DNA from: Patescibacteria group bacterium
Lineage (GTDB): Bacteria > Patescibacteriota > Minisyncoccia > Phycocordibacterales > JACZSL01
NCBI GenBank assembly: GCA_022561335.1
Contig: JADFRL010000002.1
Coordinates: 1-57,898, forward strand
Direction: 5' to 3'
DNA: 57,898 bases
Shown here: in pieces, positions 19,796 to 28,934 of the stretch
Layout of the letters: each line of letters opens with the position of its first letter
How positions within the stretch are numbered: position 1 is the stretch's first letter
Translations under genes and position numbers: made by a program
The notes under the pieces: generated by a model
Told to the model about the DNA's origin: nothing
The model's input: the letters and a program-made list of their open reading frames with translations, nothing else
The model's database searches: none

Positions 19796-20294
19796 GGACC
19801 CCCTAACGCTATTGATTATCGGGCATCTTATAGGAAGCGTGCTTGGTGTTGGGGGTGCAACCTTTATTGAAATATTTTTAAACAAGGCGTTGCGGGATGG
19901 AGAAGTAAATCCTACAGAAGGAAGTTTCCTTAAGGCGACATTTACGACAGTCCGAGTAGGTCTCCTTATAAGTTTGGTTACTGGCATTGGATTAATATTA
20001 CTGTACCGATTTGAGGACCAATCATTTAGGTTGTATGATCCCACCCTATGGGCGAAGTTCACGATCATAGGGGTGATTGTCGTCAACGCGCTTCTACTCC
20101 AAGCACACAAAATACCTGTTTGGCTTGGCAGTCCGCTGTCGTTTGTTTCATGGTACTCAGTACTTGTGATCGGGGTACTTCTTCGAGGTCCCTCGGTGCC
20201 TTATTTTGAAGTACTATTTTATTACTCTATTGCTCTTGTACTCGGCGGGCTTATTCTTGAAGGTATTAGACGAGGACTTGGCATTAAACTATGA
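19794..20294 (+). CDS. hypothetical multi-TM membrane protein
   Basis: About 5 hydrophobic helices. Confidence 0.7.
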   Translation: MDPLTLLIIGHLIGSVLGVGGATFIEIFLNKALRDGEVNPTEGSFLKATFTTVRVGLLISLVTGIGLILLYRFEDQSFRLYDPTLWAKFTIIGVIVVNALLLQAHKIPVWLGSPLSFVSWYSVLVIGVLLRGPSVPYFEVLFYYSIALVLGGLILEGIRRGLGIKL

Positions 20295-20734
20295 ATACCG
20301 AGTTGATATTTTTTTTATCGCTACACGTATACTTTCTGTTTGCCGCGGCAGTGATGTTTTATGGAATGCTGCTCAATCTTTTAGCGAGGCGCGGCACTAC
20401 CAAATATGTGCTTCTATGGAAAGCGCTTGCGGGAATGTTCGCCGTCATCTTTGCCTTACTCATAGAGAAAACATTTCTTGGCGGCTATTTTATTGGAAAA
20501 TTAGGGTTTGTTACTGATCTCAGTGTGACGTCTCTTATTCCTATCTTTGTATTTATCCGCGAAATTGCTTTGGCGGTTCTCATCGTTGTTTCAGTTATCA
20601 TGGCGGCTCTTGTCTACGCTAAGGGAGCAGTCATAAATGAATATACAAAATTAAAAATGACGCTTGTATCGCTAGCGTCACTTTCGTTTGTCATAGCCGC
20701 AGCCCTTGTATTTCTCGGAGTGCTGGTTCCTTAA
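20291..20734 (+). CDS. hypothetical membrane protein
   Basis: 4 TM; ATGA overlap with upstream gene. Confidence 0.7.
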   Translation: MNTELIFFLSLHVYFLFAAAVMFYGMLLNLLARRGTTKYVLLWKALAGMFAVIFALLIEKTFLGGYFIGKLGFVTDLSVTSLIPIFVFIREIALAVLIVVSVIMAALVYAKGAVINEYTKLKMTLVSLASLSFVIAAALVFLGVLVP

Positions 20735-20958
20735 AAAAAGACCCTGGGTCCTCTCTCCATCCGAGGATGGTTTGAGGTCCCAGGGCCCGTGTCGGTTTAA
20801 ATCGACGTGGTTTCTGTCTTACGACTTTCACCAGTTCGGCGCGTTTGTAAAATCGGCTAGGTGCAAACCCGTACCCACGTTAAATCGTTCGATCTTGCGA
20901 TAGAACAATTCGCAGTGGGGAGTCGAAATTCTTAGCGTGCCAAACAGCACAGTGCTAA
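20733..20958 (-). ncRNA. candidate structured ncRNA
   Basis: TTGACA-N16-TATCCT promoter (20992-20965), GNRA-capped hairpins, long terminal hairpin with U7. Confidence 0.4.
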
Positions 20959-21137
20959 TAGGGCAGGATACACGAATCACAGAAATTGTCAATAGCAATT
21001 TTCAATTACACATTAAAAAACATCTACTTGTCAATTTTTGCAATAATTACTGTAGTGTTATCGAGAAGTCAGGTTTGTAATAGATTGTCTGAGACGAAAT
21101 CTCTTGTTACACTTATAAATAAGGGGTAATTATATAT

Positions 21138-21362
21138 ATGCTAAAGCGTTTACTACTTAAAAAAATGCTGGGAAAGCAGCTTGCCGGAATGCCGGAAGAA
21201 GAGCAGGAGAAGATGCTTTCCATGATTGAAAAAAATCCAGAGTTATTCCAAAAAATGGCTTTTGAAATTCAGGGAAAAATAAAAGGAGGTAAAGATCAAA
21301 TGACAGCGACGCTTGAGGTGACGCAAAAATATCAAGCCGAACTTAGCGAAACACTGAAGTAG
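21138..21362 (+). CDS. hypothetical small helical protein
   Basis: Clean ORF, 3 nt upstream of next gene. Confidence 0.7.
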   Translation: MLKRLLLKKMLGKQLAGMPEEEQEKMLSMIEKNPELFQKMAFEIQGKIKGGKDQMTATLEVTQKYQAELSETLK

Positions 21363-21365
21363 AGT

Positions 21366-21941
21366 ATGAAAGTTTATATAGTACTGGGACATTCAGACAA
21401 AGATACCTACTGCGGAGCACTTGCTGATAGTTATGAACAAGGAGCCCGCGAGGGGGGTCACGAGATCAGGCGTACCAATCTTGGAGACATTGTTTTTGAT
21501 CCTATACTGCATAAAGGATACAAAACAATCCAGGAATTAGAACCGGATCTCATAACCATTCAGGAAAATATTACGTGGGCGGATCATTTTGTTATTGTGT
21601 ATCCCAATTGGTGGAATACCATGCCGGCAATCCTGAAAGGAATGTTTGACCGGATGTTTCTTCCCAATTTTGCATTCCACATTGATAAAAAAACCAAGAA
21701 GGTCGATATGCTTCTTGCCGGAAGAAGTGCCCAGGTCATCATTGTTTCAGGCACCTATCATTCTTTTTATATTCGGCTTAAATTCGGAGATTTTACAAAT
21801 GAAATTGAACGCGGCATCTTGAAATTTGCAGGCTTTTCTCCCGTGCGGGTGACAACGTTGGGTCCTATAGAACACTGCTCTGCCGCAAAAAGGGAGAAGG
21901 GAAGAAAACGTGTGTATAATTTAGGCAAGCGAGGGATTTGA
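21366..21941 (+). CDS. NAD(P)H-dependent oxidoreductase (flavodoxin-2 family)
   Basis: WADHFVIVYPNWWNTMPAILKGMFDR. Confidence 0.9.
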   Translation: MKVYIVLGHSDKDTYCGALADSYEQGAREGGHEIRRTNLGDIVFDPILHKGYKTIQELEPDLITIQENITWADHFVIVYPNWWNTMPAILKGMFDRMFLPNFAFHIDKKTKKVDMLLAGRSAQVIIVSGTYHSFYIRLKFGDFTNEIERGILKFAGFSPVRVTTLGPIEHCSAAKREKGRKRVYNLGKRGI

Positions 21942-21971
21942 CCTCAAGATAAGGCCCACGACGTGCTTAAA

Positions 21972-22003
21972 AGAGGAGGTTAACAGTCATGCTAACCTCC
22001 TCT
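21972..22003. terminator. hairpin between convergent genes
   Basis: AGAGGAGGTTA...TAACCTCCTCT. Confidence 0.55.
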
Positions 22004-22030
22004 AGTGTTTCCATTCGGAATTGAAGACAG

Positions 22031-22693
22031 TCATAATACTTCCTTGATAAAATCGTTGACAGTCTGGATAGGAATAGAGAATCCCACATTAGAAATAGGG
22101 ACCTTGATAGTTATGTCAGGACTGACTGAAACTGGTTGTATCCCTTCCTTAACCACAATTCCCACTAGCTCAAAGTGTTCTTCGTGCCTTCGGTACACCG
22201 CACCTCCTGAATTTCCACCCACTGTTGGAGCGGAAAACTGAATGAGCTTGTGTTTACCGTTTTGAGGATTTGAGATTATCCCCATTGCAGGATATGGAAG
22301 ATAACCACGCCCAGCACCGACAACAAAGATCCTTTCGAAGGTTTTGGTTTTGAGGCTCGCTTTGTTGTGGATATGGGCTACAAAATTGGTGTATATTTCC
22401 ACTCGGAGAATAGAGAGATCAAGCTTCTCACTCTCCTTCACAAGCTCGGCACTGTACAGCTCACCGTTCAAGAAGACTTTAAGCTCCTCTTGTCCCCTGG
22501 TAACGTGATTAGCTGAGATGATGAGCGTATAATCCCGTGAGTAAAAGACCACACCGCTTCCGGAAGTGCCGGATGCCGTAAAGACCTTGGCAACAGGGCG
22601 AACCATCATGTCGTACTTCTGCTCTTGTGTAGGAGGTAAAGTGCATCCAGCCAAGAACAAGAGCAAGGGTAGAAGACTCTTTTTCATTACCAT
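22031..22693 (-). CDS. trypsin-like serine protease lipoprotein
   Basis: Lipobox LAGC; SANHV, DLSIL, GNSGG triad. Confidence 0.85.
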   Translation of the reverse strand: MVMKKSLLPLLLFLAGCTLPPTQEQKYDMMVRPVAKVFTASGTSGSGVVFYSRDYTLIISANHVTRGQEELKVFLNGELYSAELVKESEKLDLSILRVEIYTNFVAHIHNKASLKTKTFERIFVVGAGRGYLPYPAMGIISNPQNGKHKLIQFSAPTVGGNSGGAVYRRHEEHFELVGIVVKEGIQPVSVSPDITIKVPISNVGFSIPIQTVNDFIKEVL

Positions 22694-22697
22694 CTCC

Positions 22698-22805
22698 TTA
22701 GTTTTCTAATACTTTTAATATGAAGGCAAAGATGCCCATCAAGATAAGCAGGGCGAAGATAAGGCTCACCATTACTTTCAGTAGCAACTGTCTTTTCTCT
22801 GTCAT
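22698..22805 (-). CDS. 35-aa single-TM peptide (not in ORF track)
   Basis: MTEKRQLLLKVMVSLIFALLILMGIFAFILKVLEN; its stop overlaps the AAGGAG RBS of the protease. Confidence 0.5.
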   Translation of the reverse strand: MTEKRQLLLKVMVSLIFALLILMGIFAFILKVLEN

Positions 22806-23072
22806 GATTGACTCTTTTCAAAGAGCTGCAGTTTTATGACTTGCTGAGGTCACACTGCATTGAATTAAAACATCTATCGTGCTGAGGTTTTTCCTTTTAT
22901 GAATTAAAGATTATATCTTCTCTGTCCTTGATGTTTTGTGGACATCTCTCTGCACATCTAATAAAAAAGTACTGCATTAAGAAAATAAGTCAATCATGCT
23001 CCACAGGCAGGAATTTTGACCTCTTTTTCACAGATTTCTAATATAGTGTATAGTGGCATATATACCGTTTTC

Positions 23073-23192
23073 TCCCATTAGAGGTCACGAACGCTTCAGT
23101 GAAAAATATTTTATGATAAATAAGGTCAAATTTAGAAATAGGTTAATCGATAATAGAATGCGACCATCATTCGCATTCTATCTCTAACGGGA
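23073..23192. mobile_element. inverted-repeat element (CCCGTTAGAG family) ending at the ychF start
   Basis: TCCCATTAGAG / CTCTAACGGGA; internal perfect hairpin ATAGAATGCGA-N7-TCGCATTCTAT. Confidence 0.55.
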
Positions 23193-24283
23193 TGAAAATT
23201 GGTATAGTAGGACTACCTAATGTTGGTAAATCAACATTATTTAATGCACTTACGAAAAAAGGAGTGCCGGCTGAGAATTTTCCTTTTTGTACTATAGACC
23301 CTTCTGTAGGCATAGTTGCCGTACCCGACAGGCGTCTAGAACAACTTGGTCAATTTTCACACTCGAAAAAAATCATTCCTGCGATCGTTGAATTTGTTGA
23401 CATTGCGGGGTTGGTCAGGGGTGCGTCACAAGGGGAAGGGTTGGGTAATCAGTTTTTAGGCCATATTCGGGAAGTAGATGTCATAGCCCACGTAGTACGC
23501 TGCTTCGATGATGAAAGCATCGCTCATGTCCACGTTGAGGTAAATCCGTTAAGCGATATCGAAGTTATAAACCTAGAGCTTATAATAGCTGATATAGAAA
23601 CTGTGAAGCGGCGGCTCAGTACGATTGATAAGGATATCAAGAGTGGTAGAAGGGAAGCAGAGGAAGAGAAGAGTGTTCTTCAAAAAATGCTACAGACTCT
23701 CGTGAGCGGGAAACTTGCCTCAACTCTTCTCTATTCTGAAAAGGAGCTCCGTATTGTAAAAGGACTGCACCTTCTCACAGTCAAACCGGTTCTGTATGTC
23801 TTGAACAAAAAAGCTGGAGGGCATAACCTTGATGAACTCAATGACGGGAGGTTTACTGCCTGTAGCGAGTACTTGCGTGAACGAGGCTTACTCTCGGTAC
23901 TCATTGACGCGGGGGTCGAGGACGAGCTGTCTCTAGTCTCACCGGATGACAGGGAGGAATTAAAAAGACAATTAGGAGCAGTGGATGACGGAATAAATAG
24001 TTTAATAACAAAAGGATATGAACTTTTAAATCTTATTACCTTTTTTACAACAGGTGAGGACGAAACGCGAGGTTGGACAGTAGTCAAAGGGGCGACGGCG
24101 CCGAAAGCGGGGGCTGTCATACATACTGACTTCAAGGATACATTTATTCGAGCTGATGTTATTAATTGGAAGACATTACTTGAAGAGGGTTCTTACGCAC
24201 GAGCTCGCGAAAGGGGGCTTGTAAAAACCGCTTCGAAGGACTACGTAGTCAAAGATGGCGATGTTATTGAATTTAAGATATGA
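23192..24283 (+). CDS. ychF: redox-regulated ATPase YchF
   Basis: GIVGLPNVGKSTLFN, FCTIDP, DIAGLV, TGS domain. Confidence 0.96.
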   Translation: MKIGIVGLPNVGKSTLFNALTKKGVPAENFPFCTIDPSVGIVAVPDRRLEQLGQFSHSKKIIPAIVEFVDIAGLVRGASQGEGLGNQFLGHIREVDVIAHVVRCFDDESIAHVHVEVNPLSDIEVINLELIIADIETVKRRLSTIDKDIKSGRREAEEEKSVLQKMLQTLVSGKLASTLLYSEKELRIVKGLHLLTVKPVLYVLNKKAGGHNLDELNDGRFTACSEYLRERGLLSVLIDAGVEDELSLVSPDDREELKRQLGAVDDGINSLITKGYELLNLITFFTTGEDETRGWTVVKGATAPKAGAVIHTDFKDTFIRADVINWKTLLEEGSYARARERGLVKTASKDYVVKDGDVIEFKI

Positions 24284-24326
24284 TTCGGTGTATTATGGGA
24301 ATACGTAGCAAATAATTTTCACTATT

Positions 24327-25274
24327 ATGGAAACTGAAAAAATAGTAAAAATGACTCCAAAAGATTTTTTCTTACATATTGCGGCAATAGCAACGCTTTA
24401 CATAAGTGCTATCAGCCTGCTTATCTTATGGTTTCAGTACATCAATGTTCTTTTCCCCGATCAACTTGAGTTTTATCGCGATCCATTTTCCGGTGCCATA
24501 CGTTTTTCAATAGCGTCTCTAATCATTATTTTTCCGCTTTATCTGTTTCTTACAAGATATCTTAATCAAGATGTCAGAAGAAATCCAGAAAAGAAAAATC
24601 TTAGTATTCGTAAGTGGCTTATCTATATCACACTTTTTGTCGGCGGAGTCACCGTTGTTATTGATCTCATCGTGCTTATAAACACATTTCTTGGGGGGGA
24701 GTTGACTGTCCGTTTTATCCTTAAGGTTTTGTCTATATTAATTGTTATTGGTGGAGGTTTTGGTTACTACTTCTATGATCTCAAGGGAAAGTGGGAGATG
24801 GAACTTAAATTAGCAAAGATAATAGGATGGATAGTTTCTCTCATTGTTGTGGTTAGTGTAGTCGGAGGGTTCTTTATTATCGGTTCCCCTCAGAAGCAGC
24901 GAGATGTTCGCTTAGACCATCAGAGGGTGGGAGATCTCAGCTCCATCCAACGGCAGATTACAAATTTTTGGCAAGACAAAAAACGATTGCCCAACAATCT
25001 CGATGAACTCGAGGATCCTCTCATAGGATTCATCGTGCCAGTTGATCCAGAAACACAAGATGCTTATACGTATCGTGTAACCGGCAATATATCATTTGAA
25101 CTGTGTGCTACTTTTAAGCAAAAAAGCATCTCAGATCCAAAGGTCAAGGCACGTTTAGAGTTTGGATTTACTGATGCAAACTGGACTCATGGTATGGGGG
25201 AAGAATGTTTTGAACGTACCATTGACGAAGAGCGATTTCCTCCACTACTAAGAGAATTACCTATTAGACGCTAG
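24327..25274 (+). CDS. DUF5671-like membrane protein
   Basis: TPKDFFL, RKWLIYITLF, GSP..QR..RLD..R..DL, DPET..Y.Y, FELCATF. Confidence 0.7.
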   Translation: METEKIVKMTPKDFFLHIAAIATLYISAISLLILWFQYINVLFPDQLEFYRDPFSGAIRFSIASLIIIFPLYLFLTRYLNQDVRRNPEKKNLSIRKWLIYITLFVGGVTVVIDLIVLINTFLGGELTVRFILKVLSILIVIGGGFGYYFYDLKGKWEMELKLAKIIGWIVSLIVVVSVVGGFFIIGSPQKQRDVRLDHQRVGDLSSIQRQITNFWQDKKRLPNNLDELEDPLIGFIVPVDPETQDAYTYRVTGNISFELCATFKQKSISDPKVKARLEFGFTDANWTHGMGEECFERTIDEERFPPLLRELPIRR

Positions 25275-25279
25275 TTTGA

Positions 25280-27691
25280 ATGGAGAAATACAATCATACT
25301 AAAATTGAAAAGAAGTGGCAAAAGGAATGGGAAAAACAAGAGCTATACAAAACCGACGAAGAATCAGATAAAAAAAAGTTTTATATTCTCGATATGTATC
25401 CCTATCCTTCAGGGGAAGGGCTTCATGTGGGGCATGTAGTAGGATATACTGCGACAGATATATATACTCGCTTTAAGCGAATGAACGGGTTTAATGTACT
25501 CCATCCCATGGGGTGGGATGCCTTTGGGCTGCCTGCGGAAAATTACGCAATAAAAACAGGTATGCATCCGAAAGATACGACACAAAAAACCACTGACATA
25601 TTTCGAAAGCAAATACAGCATCTTGGACTTTCCTATGACTGGAGTCGAGAAATCAGTACACATAGGCCAGAGTATTACAGATGGACACAGTGGTTCTTTC
25701 TTCTTCTTTATGAAAATGGGTTGGCAGAAAGAAAATTTGCAAAAGTGAATTGGTGTGAATCGTGTAAAACAGTTCTTGCCAACGAGCAAGTTTTAAGCGG
25801 CTTTTGTGAGCGATGCAAAAATGAGATAGTACAAAAGAATCTTGAACAGTGGTTTTTCAAAATTACTGAGTTTGCCGATGCTCTCATTGATGATTTAGAT
25901 GATGTGGACTGGCCGCAGTCTACTGTGATCAACCAGCGTAATTGGATTGGGAAAAGTGAAGGAGCGGAAATAGAATTCAGAATTCAGAATTCAGAATTCA
26001 GAATTTTGGTTTTTACGACGCGAGTCGACACGCTTTTTGGTGTAACCTATATTGTCCTTGCGCCCGAACATCCACTGGTTGCGGGACTGCTTCAAGATAT
26101 TTCAAATAAAAAAGAAGTAGAAGCTTATGTTAAAGAAACCTCTACTAAAACTGAGCTTGAGCGAACGGCAGAATCAAAAGAAAAAAATGGGGTTGAATTA
26201 AGAGGAGTAAAGGCGATCAACCCAGCAAACAAAAAAGAGATACCCATTTTTGTGGCGAACTATGTACTCACACACTATGGAACAGGCGCCATAATGGCTG
26301 TACCGGCACATGATGAGCGCGATTTTGAGTTTGCTAAGAAGGTTAAATTATCAATCGTAGAAGTTGTAAGAGATAAAACTAGAAATTCTAAAGCCGGTGG
26401 TGTGGCCAGAGTATATACAGGGTCTGGCCAGCTAGTCAATTCAGGGAAGTTCGATGGGATGGATAGTGGTGAGGCTCAAGAAAAAATTTTGGCATATGTG
26501 AAGGGAAAAAAGAAGACAACCTATAAACTGCGGGATTGGCTTGTGTCGCGCCAGAGATATTGGGGTGCTCCGATACCTATAGTGTACGACAAACAAGGTA
26601 AACCGCATTCAATTCCCAAGGAGTATCTACCGTGGCTGTTGCCAACCGATGTTGAATTTAAACCAACCGGTATATCACCTCTTGCTGAGTCAAAAGAGCT
26701 TAGAGGTAGAGTTGAAAATATTTTTGGAAAAGGATGGAGGCCCGAAGTAGACACTATGGACACATTTGTGTGCTCCAGCTGGTATTTTTTTCGGTTTGCT
26801 GACCCGAAGAACGAAAAAGAATTTGCTTCACATGAGCAGATAAAAAAGTGGCTCCCCGTAGATCTCTATATGGGTGGAGCTGAGCACACTGTATTGCATT
26901 TAATGTATGCACGCTTTTTTACCAAAGTTTTAGAAAAGCTTAAGTACATTGATTTTAAGGAGCCTTTTTCCAAACTTCGACATCAAGGAATGATTTTGGC
27001 AGAAGATGGAAGGAAAATGTCAAAGTCACTTGGTAATATTACTAATCCCGATGAGATAGTAGAACGCTTTGGCGCTGACACCATGCGTATATATGAAATG
27101 TTTATGGGACCGCTTGCTGATTCCAAGCCATGGAATACGCAAAATATCATGGGTGCACGGCGATTTATTGAGCGTATTTGGCGATTGCAGATAAAAGTTA
27201 AAAATCAAAAATCATCTCTCGATAAAAATAAAGAGTTGGATACATTACTGCATCAGACCATTAAAAAAGTAGGCAGTGACATCGAGAATTTAAAATTTAA
27301 TACAGCAATCAGTCAGATGATGATTTTGGTGAATGCATTGGAAAAAGCGACCGTTGTAAATTTGTCCTCGTATAAAATTCTCGTACAGCTGGTTGCTCCC
27401 TTTGCCCCACACGTAGCTGAAGAGCTTTGGCAAAAAATGGGGGGCACAGACTCTGTCCATAAAAAGGAATGGCCGCAATTTGACGAGAGTCACATTATAG
27501 CTGAGACATATACCATAGTCGTGCAGATAAATGGAAAAGTAAGAGCTAAATTTGAAGCTTCCACGGACTTATCGGAGGCCCAGATAAAAGAAAAAAGCCT
27601 TAGTATGGAACGTATTAGGAAGTGTCTTTCAGGTAAAAAACCGCAGAGGATCATATATGTTTTCGGCAAGATTGTTAATATCGTTGTTTAG
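25280..27691 (+). CDS. leuS: leucine--tRNA ligase
   Basis: PYPSGEGLHVGH, DWLVSRQRYWG, KMSKS. Confidence 0.97.
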   Translation: MEKYNHTKIEKKWQKEWEKQELYKTDEESDKKKFYILDMYPYPSGEGLHVGHVVGYTATDIYTRFKRMNGFNVLHPMGWDAFGLPAENYAIKTGMHPKDTTQKTTDIFRKQIQHLGLSYDWSREISTHRPEYYRWTQWFFLLLYENGLAERKFAKVNWCESCKTVLANEQVLSGFCERCKNEIVQKNLEQWFFKITEFADALIDDLDDVDWPQSTVINQRNWIGKSEGAEIEFRIQNSEFRILVFTTRVDTLFGVTYIVLAPEHPLVAGLLQDISNKKEVEAYVKETSTKTELERTAESKEKNGVELRGVKAINPANKKEIPIFVANYVLTHYGTGAIMAVPAHDERDFEFAKKVKLSIVEVVRDKTRNSKAGGVARVYTGSGQLVNSGKFDGMDSGEAQEKILAYVKGKKKTTYKLRDWLVSRQRYWGAPIPIVYDKQGKPHSIPKEYLPWLLPTDVEFKPTGISPLAESKELRGRVENIFGKGWRPEVDTMDTFVCSSWYFFRFADPKNEKEFASHEQIKKWLPVDLYMGGAEHTVLHLMYARFFTKVLEKLKYIDFKEPFSKLRHQGMILAEDGRKMSKSLGNITNPDEIVERFGADTMRIYEMFMGPLADSKPWNTQNIMGARRFIERIWRLQIKVKNQKSSLDKNKELDTLLHQTIKKVGSDIENLKFNTAISQMMILVNALEKATVVNLSSYKILVQLVAPFAPHVAEELWQKMGGTDSVHKKEWPQFDESHIIAETYTIVVQINGKVRAKFEASTDLSEAQIKEKSLSMERIRKCLSGKKPQRIIYVFGKIVNIVV
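25972..26006 (+). repeat. heptamer tandem repeat (AGAATTC)x4 + AGAATTT within leuS
   Basis: Directly visible; encodes EFRIQNSEFRI. Confidence 0.9.
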
Positions 27692-27766
27692 CTTGACGGT
27701 TATATATATATATGCTAAAAATTAGAATACCAAATCACTCATTTGGCTAGAAGAGCTTTGTCGTAT

Positions 27767-28795
27767 ATGGCACCCATCACCTTTAAACCAAAACAAGCAA
27801 CTAAAAGACTTCTTGCGGAGCTTTCCGAGCGCGCACAGGAAATTTTGATTAGACGATACGGGCTTGGCTTTGATGCCAAAAAGATGACTCTGGAATCAAT
27901 AGGACAGAAATATAAGATAACCCGCGAGCGAGTGCGCCAAATTGAAAATTATGCGCTCTCGGCAATCAGGAAATCTGATGCTTTTGGAAATGAACAAGAG
28001 ACTTTTGATGAACTTGAGAGTCTTATTACAACTCTCGGGGGACTTATCTCTGAAGATGAATTTTTGGATTATATAAGCGAAGAGAAGAGTATACAGAATA
28101 ATATACATTTTTTATTGGTGCTCGGCAACGCCTTTAAGCGAGCCAAGGAAGATAGCGAGTTCAAGCATCGCTGGTTTGTAGATGACGAATTGGTTAAACG
28201 TATTCATGCATCACTTCAAACTTTGTATCGTAATCTTACTGATGATGATCTTATTATTGAGTCGGAACTTATTGAATTGTTTTTAAAGGAAATTAAGGAT
28301 TTGAACCAAAAATATAAGAATGAAGAGATTGTCCGCAGATGGTTCAATGTTTCAAAGAAGCTTGGAATAAATCCTCTTGGTGAGTGGGGAAGAGCTGATT
28401 CATCAAATGTGCGTGTAAAGGGAATGCGTGACTATGCGTATCTTACTATTAAACGGCATGGTTCCCCTATGCATTTTACAGAAGTAGCCAAGGCTATATC
28501 GAATATTTTTCATCGGAATGCGCATATAGCTACATGCCATAATGAACTCATAAAGGATGCGCGATTTGTACTCGTAGGACGCGGTCTGTATGCTCTTTCT
28601 GAGTGGGGATATACAACAGGAGTGGTAAAGGATGTCATCATGGATATTCTTAAGGTGAATGGCTCTCTTACGCGTGATGAAATAGTGGACAAAGTGCGCA
28701 ATGAGCGGTATGTAAAGGACAACACCATAATTGTCAACTTGCAGGACTCAACGTGTTTCAGGCGAAATAAGAGCGGGAAATATACTCTTGTCTAA
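27767..28795 (+). CDS. sigma-70 region 4 HTH + HARE-HTH domain protein
   Basis: TLESIGQKYKITRERVRQIE; PMHFTEV, HNELIKDARFVLVGRGLYAL. Confidence 0.8.
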   Translation: MAPITFKPKQATKRLLAELSERAQEILIRRYGLGFDAKKMTLESIGQKYKITRERVRQIENYALSAIRKSDAFGNEQETFDELESLITTLGGLISEDEFLDYISEEKSIQNNIHFLLVLGNAFKRAKEDSEFKHRWFVDDELVKRIHASLQTLYRNLTDDDLIIESELIELFLKEIKDLNQKYKNEEIVRRWFNVSKKLGINPLGEWGRADSSNVRVKGMRDYAYLTIKRHGSPMHFTEVAKAISNIFHRNAHIATCHNELIKDARFVLVGRGLYALSEWGYTTGVVKDVIMDILKVNGSLTRDEIVDKVRNERYVKDNTIIVNLQDSTCFRRNKSGKYTLV

Positions 28796-28934
28796 AGTCT
28801 GGACATCTTAGCTCAAAGTAACATACTCAGTCTACATACTGAGTACACCATTTTATACTACGACATCCCCGCAAGTAGCGTGTATTAATGCTCTATACCA
28901 CAGAAGTTGTTTACGGTATGATAGACCGTACAAT

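Noticed and set aside
20795-20840. Hammerhead-like string CTGGTGA-A-AGTC-GTAA-GAC-A-GAAAC-CAC-GTC on the minus strand
   Set aside because: The core is CUGG rather than CUGA and stem I does not pair; kept only as part of the ncRNA candidate.
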